A model generated the notes under the pieces. The model was not told the origin of the DNA. It made no database searches and worked only from the letters and a program-made list of their open reading frames with translations. Made by a program: the position numbers and the translations under genes. 64,000 nucleotides of DNA from an uncultured virus (IMG/VR IMGVR_UViG_3300025120_000023) (taxonomy: Duplodnaviria > Heunggongvirae > Uroviricota > Caudoviricetes), in the IMG/VR virus record IMGVR_UViG_3300025120_000023. The stretch is one strand, 5' to 3'. Each line of letters begins with the position of its first letter. Position 1 is the first letter of the stretch. Of the stretch, positions 37,222 to 47,919 are shown piece after piece.

Positions 37222-39696
37222 TTATGCGTTATCAAATGTTGCTCCAGTTGGTAAAACATTGAAGTCAAGTACGATGAATTCTGCAGCCTTTGCTGGTTGA
37301 ATGAATATCTGACCTACCATTTGGTTTCTATCTATAACGTCTGGAGTATTGTTTGTTTCATCCATTACTACTCTGTAAGCAAATAATCCTTGTCTCGATT
37401 TTACTGTCTCTAAGTATGGAGTTACAATGTTTAAGAATCTCTGACGAGTTTCAGTTGTATTGTTCTCGAATACTAAGAATCTTGAAGAGCTTGCAATGAA
37501 TTTTTTCAATGCGATTAACAATCTTCTAACATTTACTCTATCAAGTGCACTTGGCTTAGCTTGTAGTGTTTTCTGACCCCATACACATACTCCTTGGTTA
37601 GGGAATGTTGCTATTGGATTAATTCTGTTATCATAAAGATCGTCTCTATCTGATTGTTGAAGTTTCTTTTCAATGTCTATTGCTTCACTAATTCCACCTC
37701 TATTCAATCCAGCTGGTGCAAACCACTCATATGCTACATTGTCAGAGTTAGCGTACACTCTTGGAAGTACTACTGATGGTGGAACCCACACTGGTTTGTT
37801 CTTGTCAGTGTCTAGGATCTTAACCCATGGCCAATAAACTCCAGCAAAGCTTGTGTCTATTGATCCGTTAGCTACTGCAGAGACTGCAGCTCCTATTGTG
37901 TTTCCTTGTACTACACAATCAAGTAGTGTAAAACAATCTCCTCTATCTTCTGCTACTTCAATCATCTTGTTAGTGATTGCTGAATGATCAGCTATAGTAG
38001 CTCCAGGTGCAACAATTAAGTTAACATCTAATTCGTCCGGATTGTTTACTGTGTTTAATGCTTTGATGTATGCTTTTGCTCCTTTTGCACTTGCAGATGA
38101 ACAATCCATTCCAAATAGGTTAGTGTTTAGTATGTCTGCTCCAGTCTTCTTTTCTAATGCTGGATCGTCTCCATCAAATCCACCTTGTAATCCTACTGTG
38201 AATTTTAAGAAGTTTGAGATGTCAACTCCAGCAAATGTTGATCCTGTGATGCTTGTGTTTGCGCTAATAGATGAGTTAGCATCTACTGCTGACGCACTTG
38301 CGTGAATCAAACAATCATCAAGGTTAAAGTCGTTATTTGGTAATTGAATTGCACCATTTGTTAACGGTTTAAGTAATTGGTTTGCATCATTTGTTGAAGC
38401 AAAATTGTGACCGTAGAATGCTTTTTTGTTGTATGCTGCGTTAATCTCTGTGTCTTGAGTGATAAATGATGCAGTTGGTACTGTTACAGCGACGGTGTTG
38501 AGTTTTGCGGTTATTGGTGATACGTAAGCATCATATCCAAATGGCTTAACATTTGCTGTAATAGCTTTGTTTTTAACATCATCAACTGGGTTTATGTAAA
38601 CATATTGTGATATGTTATCGTAATCTCCATTTATGGTTACAAGTCCAGCATCCGATACTGATTTATACTTATCTCCAATTCTTCGAGAAATAAAGTTTGG
38701 AGAATCTGGATCCAAGTTTAGATTAGCAAACGATTCCAATACTGATGGTCGTTTATCTGTATCACCGAACTCTCTTACTAATAGTGTAAATGAACCGTAA
38801 TCACTTGCTGGATTACCTCCAGGTAGTAGTGTGTTTATAATACTAACTTTTATAGAAGTGTTAGTGTCAGTTCCGTCTGCTATAGTTTTTACTTTGAAAA
38901 GATCCAACTTAGCTCCACCAATTGTTTGTGATGTAATGTATGGTGTACATGCTGGTTGTGGATCTCCTGCATCGGAGCTCGAATAATCTACTAAAGTGTC
39001 TATTGATGCAGTTGCAAAATATATTGCAGAACCAGTTGCGCCAGTTGAGGTTGCAGAAGCTGCATTAGCAACAGTTGTTGTGAATTGACTAACATCAGCT
39101 TTTAAGAAGTTATCAAAGTATTGAAATGTGTATGCTTTTTTAGCTCCTTGAGGAGACTCTCCAAGTACATTTTTAAGGCTACTTACATTGCTTGGGTTAG
39201 CAGATGCTGTGTATCCACCACTGATAAAGTCGATTCCAGATCCAGACAACATGAAGTTGAAAGAAGATGTAAGACTAACTGCTTGATCAGCTGTTGTTGG
39301 GAAGCTAGAAAGTGTGTAATCGTGGCCGGTTGATGCTCCGTCTGTTGTGTTTTTTGTTGGTAATAAAGTTCCTACTACTCTCAAACCCCAAGATCCGGAT
39401 GCAAGAATATGCAGACCATTTGCACCATATCCACCTTCCTGCATTACTCTAACGACAGTGACAGTCGAAGCTGCATTTAAGTAGCTCTTAACTGCATAAG
39501 GTACATAAGTGCTCTCACTTAATCCTCCAAACTTAGCAATAAATTCATCAAAATTTTCTACAATTGTAGGTACAAAGGCTGGGCCTTTTCTCGTAGGTCC
39601 TACAATAGCTGCTCCAATGGCAGCGATACCTGCGGGTAAAAAGGAAAGATCCTTTTCGTTTGTAAATACTCCTGGGCTAACAATTTTCTCGGCCAT
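37222..39696 (-). CDS. Tail sheath protein (T4 gp18-like)
   Basis: SPGVFTNEKDLS, YWPW, WFAPAGLNRG, INPI, WGQKT, RVNVRRL, FENN. Confidence 0.95.
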   Translation of the reverse strand: MAEKIVSPGVFTNEKDLSFLPAGIAAIGAAIVGPTRKGPAFVPTIVENFDEFIAKFGGLSESTYVPYAVKSYLNAASTVTVVRVMQEGGYGANGLHILASGSWGLRVVGTLLPTKNTTDGASTGHDYTLSSFPTTADQAVSLTSSFNFMLSGSGIDFISGGYTASANPSNVSSLKNVLGESPQGAKKAYTFQYFDNFLKADVSQFTTTVANAASATSTGATGSAIYFATASIDTLVDYSSSDAGDPQPACTPYITSQTIGGAKLDLFKVKTIADGTDTNTSIKVSIINTLLPGGNPASDYGSFTLLVREFGDTDKRPSVLESFANLNLDPDSPNFISRRIGDKYKSVSDAGLVTINGDYDNISQYVYINPVDDVKNKAITANVKPFGYDAYVSPITAKLNTVAVTVPTASFITQDTEINAAYNKKAFYGHNFASTNDANQLLKPLTNGAIQLPNNDFNLDDCLIHASASAVDANSSISANTSITGSTFAGVDISNFLKFTVGLQGGFDGDDPALEKKTGADILNTNLFGMDCSSASAKGAKAYIKALNTVNNPDELDVNLIVAPGATIADHSAITNKMIEVAEDRGDCFTLLDCVVQGNTIGAAVSAVANGSIDTSFAGVYWPWVKILDTDKNKPVWVPPSVVLPRVYANSDNVAYEWFAPAGLNRGGISEAIDIEKKLQQSDRDDLYDNRINPIATFPNQGVCVWGQKTLQAKPSALDRVNVRRLLIALKKFIASSSRFLVFENNTTETRQRFLNIVTPYLETVKSRQGLFAYRVVMDETNNTPDVIDRNQMVGQIFIQPAKAAEFIVLDFNVLPTGATFDNA

Positions 39697-39769
39697 AGTG
39701 ATATTATATTATAATTTTCTTGTTATTAATAAATATGTCAACTATAACCCAGAACCTAGTTTTTAGATG

Positions 39770-40030
39770 TTAATTTGGTGTAAATTCACCAGTAGTCATA
39801 TCTAAAGAACCTACTCCATATTTTTCATTCAAATCATCAGCCAATTTCTTTTCTCTCTTATTAATCTCTTGAATACCATTGGTGAGTGTTTCTTCTTGTT
39901 CGTTTAGCTTTTTTAAATACTCTTCGCTAGAGTTTTTTGCTAGCTTTAATTGAACAAACTGAACGCCTACTTGTGTGTATTCTTCTTGAATGGTCTTGAT
40001 GCTTTGCATCTCTTCATCTGTAATCTTCAT
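39770..40030 (-). CDS. Small coiled-coil protein
   Basis: Ends EKYG.G.LD..TGEF; own late motif. Confidence 0.7.
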   Translation of the reverse strand: MKITDEEMQSIKTIQEEYTQVGVQFVQLKLAKNSSEEYLKKLNEQEETLTNGIQEINKREKKLADDLNEKYGVGSLDMTTGEFTPN

Positions 40031-40071
40031 AACATTTTCCTTTATTATAAATATGTTGATTTTTTTGAAAG

Positions 40072-41523
40072 TTACAATTCTATAAGAGTTGTGTCATTAG
40101 GATTGATAAGAATATTACCTTTGTTGGTGGTGTATATTTTTTTAGATGTTCCACCGCCACTTGTAGCAGGCACTGTTACAGAAGTAGAAGTAACAAAACT
40201 ACTAGTTGTTAGGTGGTGTTGATTTTTAGACTGAATTTTGTAATTATAAGTACCATCTGGTAATTCTAGATCTGCAAATACCGTTGGAACGAAACTACCA
40301 AAAGAAGCAGTATTTGCAGCAGATGGTGAAGAGCCAGATAGAGTTGCTATGTGAGTATAACCACTTCCATCATCACGTTGTATATTATACATGATATCTT
40401 CGAGCCTATTATCTGATCCTGAGTTTTGAGCCCATGATAGAAATACGTTATTGGTTACAGCTGAAGCAGTAACGGCAGTAGGTAAGGGAGGTGTATCAAC
40501 TGAAACTAATTCATACATCCAGGCATGATAACTTAACAAGTTTACAGTGTTCCCATCTCCCTCTTCATTTAATACTATTCTTAAATATTGTGTTTTTATT
40601 GGAGTACAAAAATCTAAAGTATAATAAGTATGAGACACATGTTGCTGTGTATTCTCATGATCTACTGAAGCAACTAATGTCCAGTCATTGTAATTTCCGG
40701 TATCAGATTTCCATACTTGAAATGATCCTGGGTAGTAGGTAGCGTTACTGTATCCGGACATTAGCATAGATCTGAATAATTTTGGTTCATCACCAAAACT
40801 TAAATCTAAACTACCAATATCAGCATTTGCATACCAACCATAATTTTCTCTTTGAGGAGAAGTTAATTTAGTTAAACTGGTGTTACTTCCTCCCTCAAAA
40901 CTTCCGGTGACATTTGTTGTGCTTGGATCTAATAGATTAACATTCTTTATGTATTGGGAAGAATCCCATGCTGCGAACCCTGCTAATCCTCTATATCCAC
41001 TCCCTGCAGATCCAGTTACAATTAAAAGTCTATAGTATCTGTAATAATCGTTATTTACACATGTCGCATCAGTGTCGTGTTGAATATTACTACCTTTATC
41101 TAGTGCAACTAATCCTGTCCAATTAGTAGCATCGTTTGAGGCACTAATTTGATATCCTGTACCACAGAAATTATTATTTGATGCATCGGTAAATATAAAA
41201 CTATCTAAACTAGCTGTATAACCTATCCCATTGTCAAGATCAAAATTAAGACCAATTGGATCACCTACAGGGTTTGTATCTCCTAAATAAGCTTGTCCGG
41301 TGGTGGCATTCCATCTATAATGATTATCAAAAAACCCTAAGTCTTTAGCGTATTGTTTGCCGTTTAAAGTGCTTGAACCTTTTCTGACCCATTCAGGTCC
41401 ATAATTAGCAGTACTACTGAATTGAGGACCGGTTGCTGTAACCGAAGATGAATATATTGCATTTACCTGTTCATGTAAAGGCCAATGTGGAGTAGATTCA
41501 TGTTTGAATAATGCTATAGACAT
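40072..41523 (-). CDS. Putative virion appendage with discoidin-like and FN3-like beta domains
   Basis: ISASND..NW..L...YRYYRL and KSDTG...W....TQYLRI repeats; C-terminal LSW...YNI.R...D..L..GTYNY.I. Confidence 0.6.
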   Translation of the reverse strand: MSIALFKHESTPHWPLHEQVNAIYSSSVTATGPQFSSTANYGPEWVRKGSSTLNGKQYAKDLGFFDNHYRWNATTGQAYLGDTNPVGDPIGLNFDLDNGIGYTASLDSFIFTDASNNNFCGTGYQISASNDATNWTGLVALDKGSNIQHDTDATCVNNDYYRYYRLLIVTGSAGSGYRGLAGFAAWDSSQYIKNVNLLDPSTTNVTGSFEGGSNTSLTKLTSPQRENYGWYANADIGSLDLSFGDEPKLFRSMLMSGYSNATYYPGSFQVWKSDTGNYNDWTLVASVDHENTQQHVSHTYYTLDFCTPIKTQYLRIVLNEEGDGNTVNLLSYHAWMYELVSVDTPPLPTAVTASAVTNNVFLSWAQNSGSDNRLEDIMYNIQRDDGSGYTHIATLSGSSPSAANTASFGSFVPTVFADLELPDGTYNYKIQSKNQHHLTTSSFVTSTSVTVPATSGGGTSKKIYTTNKGNILINPNDTTLIEL

Positions 41524-41526
41524 ATG

Positions 41527-42786
41527 TTAACTTTGTGTTATTTGCGATATTACGCTTGCACTATAAGTGAGCGTGTATAGTTTGTTTATTCCATCTGATC
41601 CAGTAACTGACACACTTATTGGATTGCCGTCTTCAAAATTAGATGCTGAGTATATTATATTGGTTATTTGTTGTGTTGCACCAAAGCTTTGAGTTACTTG
41701 TGTAACACTACTACCGCTATAAACCATACTTGCTGTTGTGTAAAGAATACGCGTTGTTCCAGCAGTTTCTAATCCTGATGATTGTACTACTCCGCTTGTG
41801 CTTATGTTACCCGATGCTGATATATGGTAATCTGTTACTATCGATCCTGATTCGTGTTGTATTGTAAAATGGTCTTCCGCACTAGAATTATAGAATGTAA
41901 CAAACTTATCTGCAGATACTTTTACGAAGTTATCTCCATCAATAGCAATTTGGTTATCAACTCCTGAGATAAATTGATCTGACCCGTCCTGCGAACTATC
42001 AAAAGATATTTTGCCGGCGCCTGCTAGGAACACATTTTCAGCTAATATATTACCACTTGCACTTATATTACCTGAGGCTGTTATATGTCCTACAAAATTT
42101 GAGTCACCAGTTTGATTAAATGGTCCTATATTTGTTAATGTGTTACTACCAGATATTGTTAAAGATCCAGTTATTGTAGTGCTGCCTGATACCGTTAGTG
42201 ATCCAGTTATAGATTGATTGCCGCTAAAATTATTAGATCCAGATGTTGCAAATGATCCAGTTTGAGAATTTGTTGCAAATGATCCAGTTTGAGAATTATT
42301 TACAAATGATCCGGTTTGATTACTTGTAGTTACACCACTTCCATTAACCACAATACTACCTGATATAAATAAACTACCAGTATTGGTAAACGATCCAGTA
42401 TTGTTAAAAGGACCGGTATTGCTAAAAGAACCGGTATTGTTAAATGATCCTGAATATTGTATTGAAGATGTAGGGTTTGAAAAAGTAAAGGTTTCACCAA
42501 ACTTTACAACTGTAGGTGCAGGCCCACTAACAGTTAATGCTGATGCTGATATGCTTGGATTGCCAAATAAATTTGCAGCAATAGATGCTGTTTGTGCATA
42601 TGATGAAGAAATCTCGTGTGTAATTTCGTGAGATGCTGATACTGCAAACGAAGCTGTTTGGGCATAGGATGCAGATGTTGCTGTACCAGTTATTGTTCCG
42701 GTAATGTTACCAGCAAACGATCCACTAAACGATCCGCTTAGACTATATGATCCTGTTGCTAATTGTCCTGGATTAATTATTGGCAT
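41527..42786 (-). CDS. Fibre-like virion protein rich in TGS/SGS/SAS/TAS
   Basis: Periodic S/T/G repeats; position between tail terminator and sheath. Confidence 0.65.
   Translation of the reverse strand: MPIINPGQLATGSYSLSGSFSGSFAGNITGTITGTATSASYAQTASFAVSASHEITHEISSSYAQTASIAANLFGNPSISASALTVSGPAPTVVKFGETFTFSNPTSSIQYSGSFNNTGSFSNTGPFNNTGSFTNTGSLFISGSIVVNGSGVTTSNQTGSFVNNSQTGSFATNSQTGSFATSGSNNFSGNQSITGSLTVSGSTTITGSLTISGSNTLTNIGPFNQTGDSNFVGHITASGNISASGNILAENVFLAGAGKISFDSSQDGSDQFISGVDNQIAIDGDNFVKVSADKFVTFYNSSAEDHFTIQHESGSIVTDYHISASGNISTSGVVQSSGLETAGTTRILYTTASMVYSGSSVTQVTQSFGATQQITNIIYSASNFEDGNPISVSVTGSDGINKLYTLTYSASVISQITQS
42244..42319. repeat. 27-nt coding tandem repeat (2 perfect + 1 degenerate)
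   Basis: TGTTGCAAATGATCCAGTTTGAGAATT x2; encodes NSQTGSFAT. Confidence 0.9.
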
Positions 42787-42788
42787 AT

Positions 42789-43991
42789 CTACGTGTTAAA
42801 CTTTCCGGTTCCTACTACTTCATCAGTTGCAGCTATTGTGAATCCTAATTCAGAAGTGTTGAAGGTAACAGTACATGTGTTGTTTCCATTATCAACAAAG
42901 TTTGATATTGCTGCTGGTTCACAGTTTACGCCATTAACAAAGAATATAAAGTCGTTTTTGCTAGTTGCAGGTAATCCGCTTGGAGCTGTCAAGAAGCTAC
43001 CTGGGAATGTTGCTGTATCTGAAGTTTGGCTTGTAGCAAGTACACTTACGTTGGTTCCTAAGAATGCTAATGTTGCTGCTGGGATTTCGGTACTTATTGG
43101 TACTGGAGAAGACTCTGTCTGTACGCTGTCTGTTGTATCAATACTTGCTCCAACTCCTTCAGATTGTATTTCTGTAAATATAGAGCTATCTGCATCTACA
43201 GTAAGTTCTGTGTTGAGTTGTTGTACTGATCTAGTTTTGTCAGAAAGTTTTTTGCTTAGGTGTTTTACTAAAACATCCGGTACAATATATCCAAACAACG
43301 TTAATGAAAATGACGTTCTAATAACCCTATCTGCATCAGCCATCTGATCAGTAGTGTTTTGAAAATCGTCTATCTTTGTTCTAAACTTAAATCGTTCTGG
43401 TTCTCCCCAGTATGCACCTTCTGAATAGATTACAGATTCAACGATGCTGTTCATATGTTCTATAAAATCTGACCAAATTACTATTTCGTATGTTAAATCT
43501 ACGTATTCGGGAATTACAGTGTTGACAAAACTTCGTGCTGGTTTAAGGTTTGTGAGTGTGCTAAATTGATCGTATCTGTTTCTAGAATTATACTTTACTT
43601 CTTGAGCTTTGTATAGCTGTGGAAAGTTAGCATCTATCTTGTTTCCAAGATTTCTATTTTTTACAATGTTTGTTCTTCTGTATGAAATAATAGGTTTTAG
43701 TATCTTTCCTCCAACATCTCTGAGATATCCATCTTCTTGTATTTGCTTCCACTTTTCTCCGCCACCGTAGACGACTGGTACTTCTGCCACTCGTCCAAAA
43801 TCATCTACACGAGGCTTAATGGTGTTATCAAAGTACCACTTTATACAATAATCTAAATCATACAAGCCTATCTGAAGATCCTTAATCTTATCATCATCTC
43901 TACGTGTATCGTTAGAGCGTCCAAATGCTTTATTCTCAACGCCTTTAGATAATTCGTATTGTGATGTAGGTAGGTTTTTTTTTGTATACAT
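42789..43991 (-). CDS. Tail terminator/completion protein (T4 gp15-like) with C-terminal extension
   Basis: VPVVYG..EKW, P.ISY.R, P.YVDLTYE; synteny. Confidence 0.7.
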   Translation of the reverse strand: MYTKKNLPTSQYELSKGVENKAFGRSNDTRRDDDKIKDLQIGLYDLDYCIKWYFDNTIKPRVDDFGRVAEVPVVYGGGEKWKQIQEDGYLRDVGGKILKPIISYRRTNIVKNRNLGNKIDANFPQLYKAQEVKYNSRNRYDQFSTLTNLKPARSFVNTVIPEYVDLTYEIVIWSDFIEHMNSIVESVIYSEGAYWGEPERFKFRTKIDDFQNTTDQMADADRVIRTSFSLTLFGYIVPDVLVKHLSKKLSDKTRSVQQLNTELTVDADSSIFTEIQSEGVGASIDTTDSVQTESSPVPISTEIPAATLAFLGTNVSVLATSQTSDTATFPGSFLTAPSGLPATSKNDFIFFVNGVNCEPAAISNFVDNGNNTCTVTFNTSELGFTIAATDEVVGTGKFNT

Positions 43992-44494
43992 TATAATCTT
44001 GCTTTAGCGATTTGTAATCTTTGTTGGTTTGTTTGGTGTGTAACAGCTAAGATTGAAATACTTCTACCAAAATCGGTGCCAACACTCTTTGGATGGTTTT
44101 TATCTTTACCTAAAATAAACTGACCTTCGTTGATATCATCCACTTCAAAGTATTTGTTTCTGTATTCTATAATATCACCTAACTCCATTACTAGGTTCAT
44201 AGGCGTTAAATCATCTCGCAAGAATGCAAAAGTTACTGGTCTGTTAAAATCCAAAAACTGGTCATCTTGTATTGGGCTATCTGGTTCATATGTTACTAAG
44301 CTGTTTAGTCTAACTGGACGATGCCATGTTTTTTGAGCTGAAGCTTCTCCATACAAGTTAGCAGTGTCTTTGGACTTTGTGTCAGGTAGGTATGGTTTAT
44401 AGAAATCTACTTGCTGCTCAATTACGTCGTTGAGTAGTTCTCGGTTAATTCCGACTAACATATCGATATCTCTCTGTCTTCCAAATAAAGCCAT
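43991..44494 (-). CDS. Head completion protein (T4 gp14-like)
   Basis: ELGDII.Y...YFEV; between neck and tail terminator. Confidence 0.65.
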   Translation of the reverse strand: MALFGRQRDIDMLVGINRELLNDVIEQQVDFYKPYLPDTKSKDTANLYGEASAQKTWHRPVRLNSLVTYEPDSPIQDDQFLDFNRPVTFAFLRDDLTPMNLVMELGDIIEYRNKYFEVDDINEGQFILGKDKNHPKSVGTDFGRSISILAVTHQTNQQRLQIAKARL

Positions 44495-44495
44495 A

Positions 44496-45677
44496 TTATT
44501 TTATGTAAATGTGATTTGGAACCTTTGCCAATGTAGTTGACATTGCTGTAGCAATTGTTGCTTCTGCTTGCATCGAAGTCTCACGACCCATTGCTAATAG
44601 TATTTCTTTTAAATCTGTTATAAGTTGTGTTTTTCTTTCCGTTCCTTGTGATATTAAATCAGCTCCATTAAGTGTTGTTTCAGATCCTGGAATTGGTACA
44701 GTTGTATATTTTCCTCTAACCAATCCCAAAGTAGTCAAAGAAGAGCCTAAAGTATACTCATATATCCATTGAACCCCTACATCTCTTATATCGCCAAATC
44801 GTATTCGATTGTAAGGTACATTTGCTAGATCACTAACCGACCCTGTAGGCTCTTTTAGCGGATTGTTTCTATCTTCAACTAAGACATAATCAAAAAACAA
44901 TGTATATGTTGATTCTGGAATTGGGAATATTTTAAGTTTGTTGTTTTGTATTTCAAATGAATATCCGGATTTTCTAATTTGATCATTCATCTCAATTGCT
45001 TGCATTCGCAATAAATCGGCATATATAGGCATCACTAAAAAAGATACAGCTGGTGAGTATGACCCCCAACCAAAGCCATCTAACATAGTTTGCGATCCAG
45101 CTCCGGTATCAGTTTGTGGATCAAAGTATCTTGTGATTGCTGGAGGTGGATTATGAAAGACTCTCTTGATTTCTATTTTTTTTCCAGACTCACTCACATC
45201 TGCATACAGTGCATTTAGATCATAACTCTGTGATGCTGCTGTAACCTCTATATGTCCACGCTTCCAATCTACATCACCACCTGATCCAATCTCTGAACCA
45301 TAAGTTTTAGCCATTGCAATTGTACGTCCGAGGTTAGGTGTTACAGTTCTGCTGCTAGCATTAGATGCTGTTGATGTGCCTTGTAGAGTTAGTATGTAAT
45401 CTTTAGCATTATACATATTAACCATTGAGCTAAACTTTGTTATAGATTCTTCAAAGGCTGCAAAGAAGTTAAGGTCTTGAAGTTCAACATCCATAATAGG
45501 ATATCCAAGACTCTTAGCACAGTAATCTGCTACACCATCTGCTTGTGTTTTAAATGTTGGATCGTTATCGTAGAAACCAAAGGGAGTTGGTTTTGGTCCT
45601 ACTGATGGACTGTCATAATAAGATGCTGAGACTGTTGTAAACGAGCTCGATCCGGGCCATATTGGTACACTACTCAT
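44496..45677 (-). CDS. Neck protein (T4 gp13-like)
   Basis: LGYPIMDVEL, WIYEY, LG.VRGKY...P.PG....LNG. Confidence 0.85.
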   Translation of the reverse strand: MSSVPIWPGSSSFTTVSASYYDSPSVGPKPTPFGFYDNDPTFKTQADGVADYCAKSLGYPIMDVELQDLNFFAAFEESITKFSSMVNMYNAKDYILTLQGTSTASNASSRTVTPNLGRTIAMAKTYGSEIGSGGDVDWKRGHIEVTAASQSYDLNALYADVSESGKKIEIKRVFHNPPPAITRYFDPQTDTGAGSQTMLDGFGWGSYSPAVSFLVMPIYADLLRMQAIEMNDQIRKSGYSFEIQNNKLKIFPIPESTYTLFFDYVLVEDRNNPLKEPTGSVSDLANVPYNRIRFGDIRDVGVQWIYEYTLGSSLTTLGLVRGKYTTVPIPGSETTLNGADLISQGTERKTQLITDLKEILLAMGRETSMQAEATIATAMSTTLAKVPNHIYIK

Positions 45678-45727
45678 AAGTTACTAGCTTTTACCTATAA
45701 ATAGTTACGAATTTGGTTTGAGGTATG

Positions 45728-46426
45728 TTAACTGCGGAAGTTTTTATAGACGTCAATAATCGAGTCTACAATTCCATGTCTATGGCTTTTTAGTAGTTGT
45801 ATCACATTAAAGCTTTTAATATTAACAAGGTGTTTACACATAAAGTCAAATCCTGAGGTTTTCTTTTCTCGAAGATCAATTTGAGCATTATCTCCACAAA
45901 AGATCACTTTACTTCCTGAGCATATTCTCGTTAGTATTAACTCAGTTTGTGTGTCTGTAAGGTTTTGTGATTCATCTGCAACTACTAAGCAATTAGTAAA
46001 ATTACGACCTCGCATAAAGTTTACTGGAAGTATTTCAATCTTTCCATCTTCTACACACTTTTCGATTGCTTCTTTTTTATACAGTCTATACATGTTTTCG
46101 TAAACTGGTGCTGTAAAGGGTGCTAATTTTTGATTGATGTCTCCTGGAAGAAATCCTATATCAGGACCTGCGCCTACGGGTGGTCTTGTTATAATGACCT
46201 TCTCTACTTCTTTTCTAAACAAAAGATCTAAAGCTACGTTGGCAGCTAATAACGACTTTCCAGATCCTGCTCTACCTTTAAGTACAGTCACGGTGTTGTT
46301 AAAAATGCTATCCTTAGCTAGTTTTTGCTCTTCGTTTAGTTGGATGTTGAACTTGATTGGGTTCTTTGGTTTACGCTTTGCTTTAAAAGTCTCTTGTGCT
46401 TCGTTTGTGCGATTATAATCTGTCAT
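45728..46426 (-). CDS. phoH: PhoH-family ATPase
   Basis: GRAGSGKS, GFLPGD, FMRGR, DESQN, TRI...SK..FCGD..Q.D, HRH. Confidence 0.95.
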   Translation of the reverse strand: MTDYNRTNEAQETFKAKRKPKNPIKFNIQLNEEQKLAKDSIFNNTVTVLKGRAGSGKSLLAANVALDLLFRKEVEKVIITRPPVGAGPDIGFLPGDINQKLAPFTAPVYENMYRLYKKEAIEKCVEDGKIEILPVNFMRGRNFTNCLVVADESQNLTDTQTELILTRICSGSKVIFCGDNAQIDLREKKTSGFDFMCKHLVNIKSFNVIQLLKSHRHGIVDSIIDVYKNFRS

Positions 46427-46466
46427 GGTGTAACATTGTTGTTTTATATAAATAGTTGTGGGATAT

Positions 46467-46489
46467 AAAAAAACCCTCCGAAGAGGGTT
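46467..46489 (-). terminator. Rho-independent terminator closing early island
   Basis: AACCCTC-TTCG-GAGGGTT plus U-tract. Confidence 0.9.
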
Positions 46490-46509
46490 ATCTTATAAAG
46501 AATGGGTGT

Positions 46510-46836
46510 TTACTTCATTTCGATCATTTGTAATGGAACATTCCAACCTTGATCAAATCGACCAGCTCCTTCTGCTTTTACAACTCCACGAGTCTTGTTG
46601 ATCTTGGTTAAGATAAGATCGTGTCTGTAGCTTAGTTTTGGATGGTTAACATTACACGGAGAGCCTTCTACTAACTCTTGTTTAACTTCTGCAATTTTAG
46701 ATGCTTTTCGAGTTTTTAAGATTCCAACAACATACTTGTTGATTCTCCTCAATTCTTCTGACGACATTGCTTGTAATGCCTTTCTTGTTTCGTAGTCGTT
46801 AATGTCGACTGTTTTGTTACTGATATTCTTGTTCAT
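46510..46836 (-). CDS. Hypothetical early protein (SH3-like C-terminus?)
   Basis: Own class 1 promoter. Confidence 0.7.
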   Translation of the reverse strand: MNKNISNKTVDINDYETRKALQAMSSEELRRINKYVVGILKTRKASKIAEVKQELVEGSPCNVNHPKLSYRHDLILTKINKTRGVVKAEGAGRFDQGWNVPLQMIEMK

Positions 46837-46837
46837 A

Positions 46838-46909
46838 TTGTGATTATTTGTTATTAATTATCTTTCTCTTTACATAGTAAAGATCAGGACTTTATTCCAG
46901 GATTGCAAC
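46838..46909 (-). promoter_or_regulatory. Class 1 promoter/leader repeat, copy c
   Basis: Near-identical to 5490-5564. Confidence 0.75.
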
Positions 46910-46912
46910 TTT

Positions 46913-47146
46913 TTATGGAAAAACATTCTGATTTTTCAATGTATGAAAATACTCACGAAGCTTAGCAAGTCTTCTAGTAGCTGAGATATACTCCCATTCG
47001 TACTTATCCATGTTATACTCCATACATTCATCTCTCATGAAACCTTGGATGTTCTCTGCTGCACCTCTGGTAGTAGTACCCCACTCTTTTTCTATGTAAT
47101 CTCTAACTCTATTAAATAGATGGTATATTCTATCTTCTTGTGTCAT
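46913..47146 (-). CDS. Hypothetical early protein
   Basis: Island ORF, tight spacing. Confidence 0.65.
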   Translation of the reverse strand: MTQEDRIYHLFNRVRDYIEKEWGTTTRGAAENIQGFMRDECMEYNMDKYEWEYISATRRLAKLREYFHTLKNQNVFP

Positions 47147-47151
47147 ATCTC

Positions 47152-47421
47152 TTATCTTAAAGTTTGATTCTTTCTTGCGTATCTCTTAGCTCTCATATAA
47201 GCCTCTCTAGTCTCATAAGTAAAGTAATTACGACCTATGTCTGTAAACTCTCTACAATCATGCTTGGCCCAATATCTTTGATAGAATTCTGGACCGTTAC
47301 CATAATCACGATATTCCACCATCTCATCAAAGTGGATCTTCCCACCCGATAAGCCTTTGTATTCGATAGTCTCTCGACCTTTCATCTCTTTTGTGATTGT
47401 GTATTTTGGTTTGTTTTGCAT
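47152..47421 (-). CDS. Hypothetical early protein
   Basis: Own class 1 promoter. Confidence 0.65.
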   Translation of the reverse strand: MQNKPKYTITKEMKGRETIEYKGLSGGKIHFDEMVEYRDYGNGPEFYQRYWAKHDCREFTDIGRNYFTYETREAYMRAKRYARKNQTLR

Positions 47422-47431
47422 ATCTTTTGTT

Positions 47432-47487
47432 TTAATTATCTTTCCCTTTACATAGTAAAGGTCAGGACTTTATTTCGTAATTGCAAC
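47432..47487 (-). promoter_or_regulatory. Class 1 promoter repeat, copy d
   Basis: GTTG-N18-CTGACCTTTACTATGTAAAG. Confidence 0.75.
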
Positions 47488-47492
47488 CTTTT

Positions 47493-47684
47493 TTACGAAA
47501 ATTTCCATAATTTTTTTTCTAATTGGTTAACTAATCCGATTGCGTCTTGAAATGCAAATCGAGCTGAGTCACTGTTTCGATTAGCTTTTGAGTGTTTACG
47601 TTTTTTTTCCATAAACTGTTTTGCAAGCTCTAACTGTTTGAGCAATGCTCGATGTTGGTTTCCTAATTCTGCGTGGTGGTTCAT
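47493..47684 (-). CDS. Hypothetical early protein
   Basis: ATGA overlap with upstream gene. Confidence 0.6.
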   Translation of the reverse strand: MNHHAELGNQHRALLKQLELAKQFMEKKRKHSKANRNSDSARFAFQDAIGLVNQLEKKLWKFS

Positions 47685-47905
47685 CTTTCTAATATTACAA
47701 AGGTTCCAAAATGTTTATCAAATACTTGAATAAGATTTTCATAATCTCCTTCCATCATTTCTAATGCAATCTCATCTACCTGAAACTCATCTAATCCTAT
47801 TTTTCTAGCCAATCTTTTTGCAGTTGCTATTAAGGAGAATGCATTACCATCCGGTCCGGTTAGATCAATTATAATTTCTTTTTGTTCTTGTTTCTTTCTA
47901 ATCAT
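47681..47905 (-). CDS. Hypothetical early protein
   Basis: IDLTGPDGNAF...M..GDYENL motif. Confidence 0.75.
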   Translation of the reverse strand: MIRKKQEQKEIIIDLTGPDGNAFSLIATAKRLARKIGLDEFQVDEIALEMMEGDYENLIQVFDKHFGTFVILER

Positions 47906-47919
47906 ATCTTTTTCTCTTT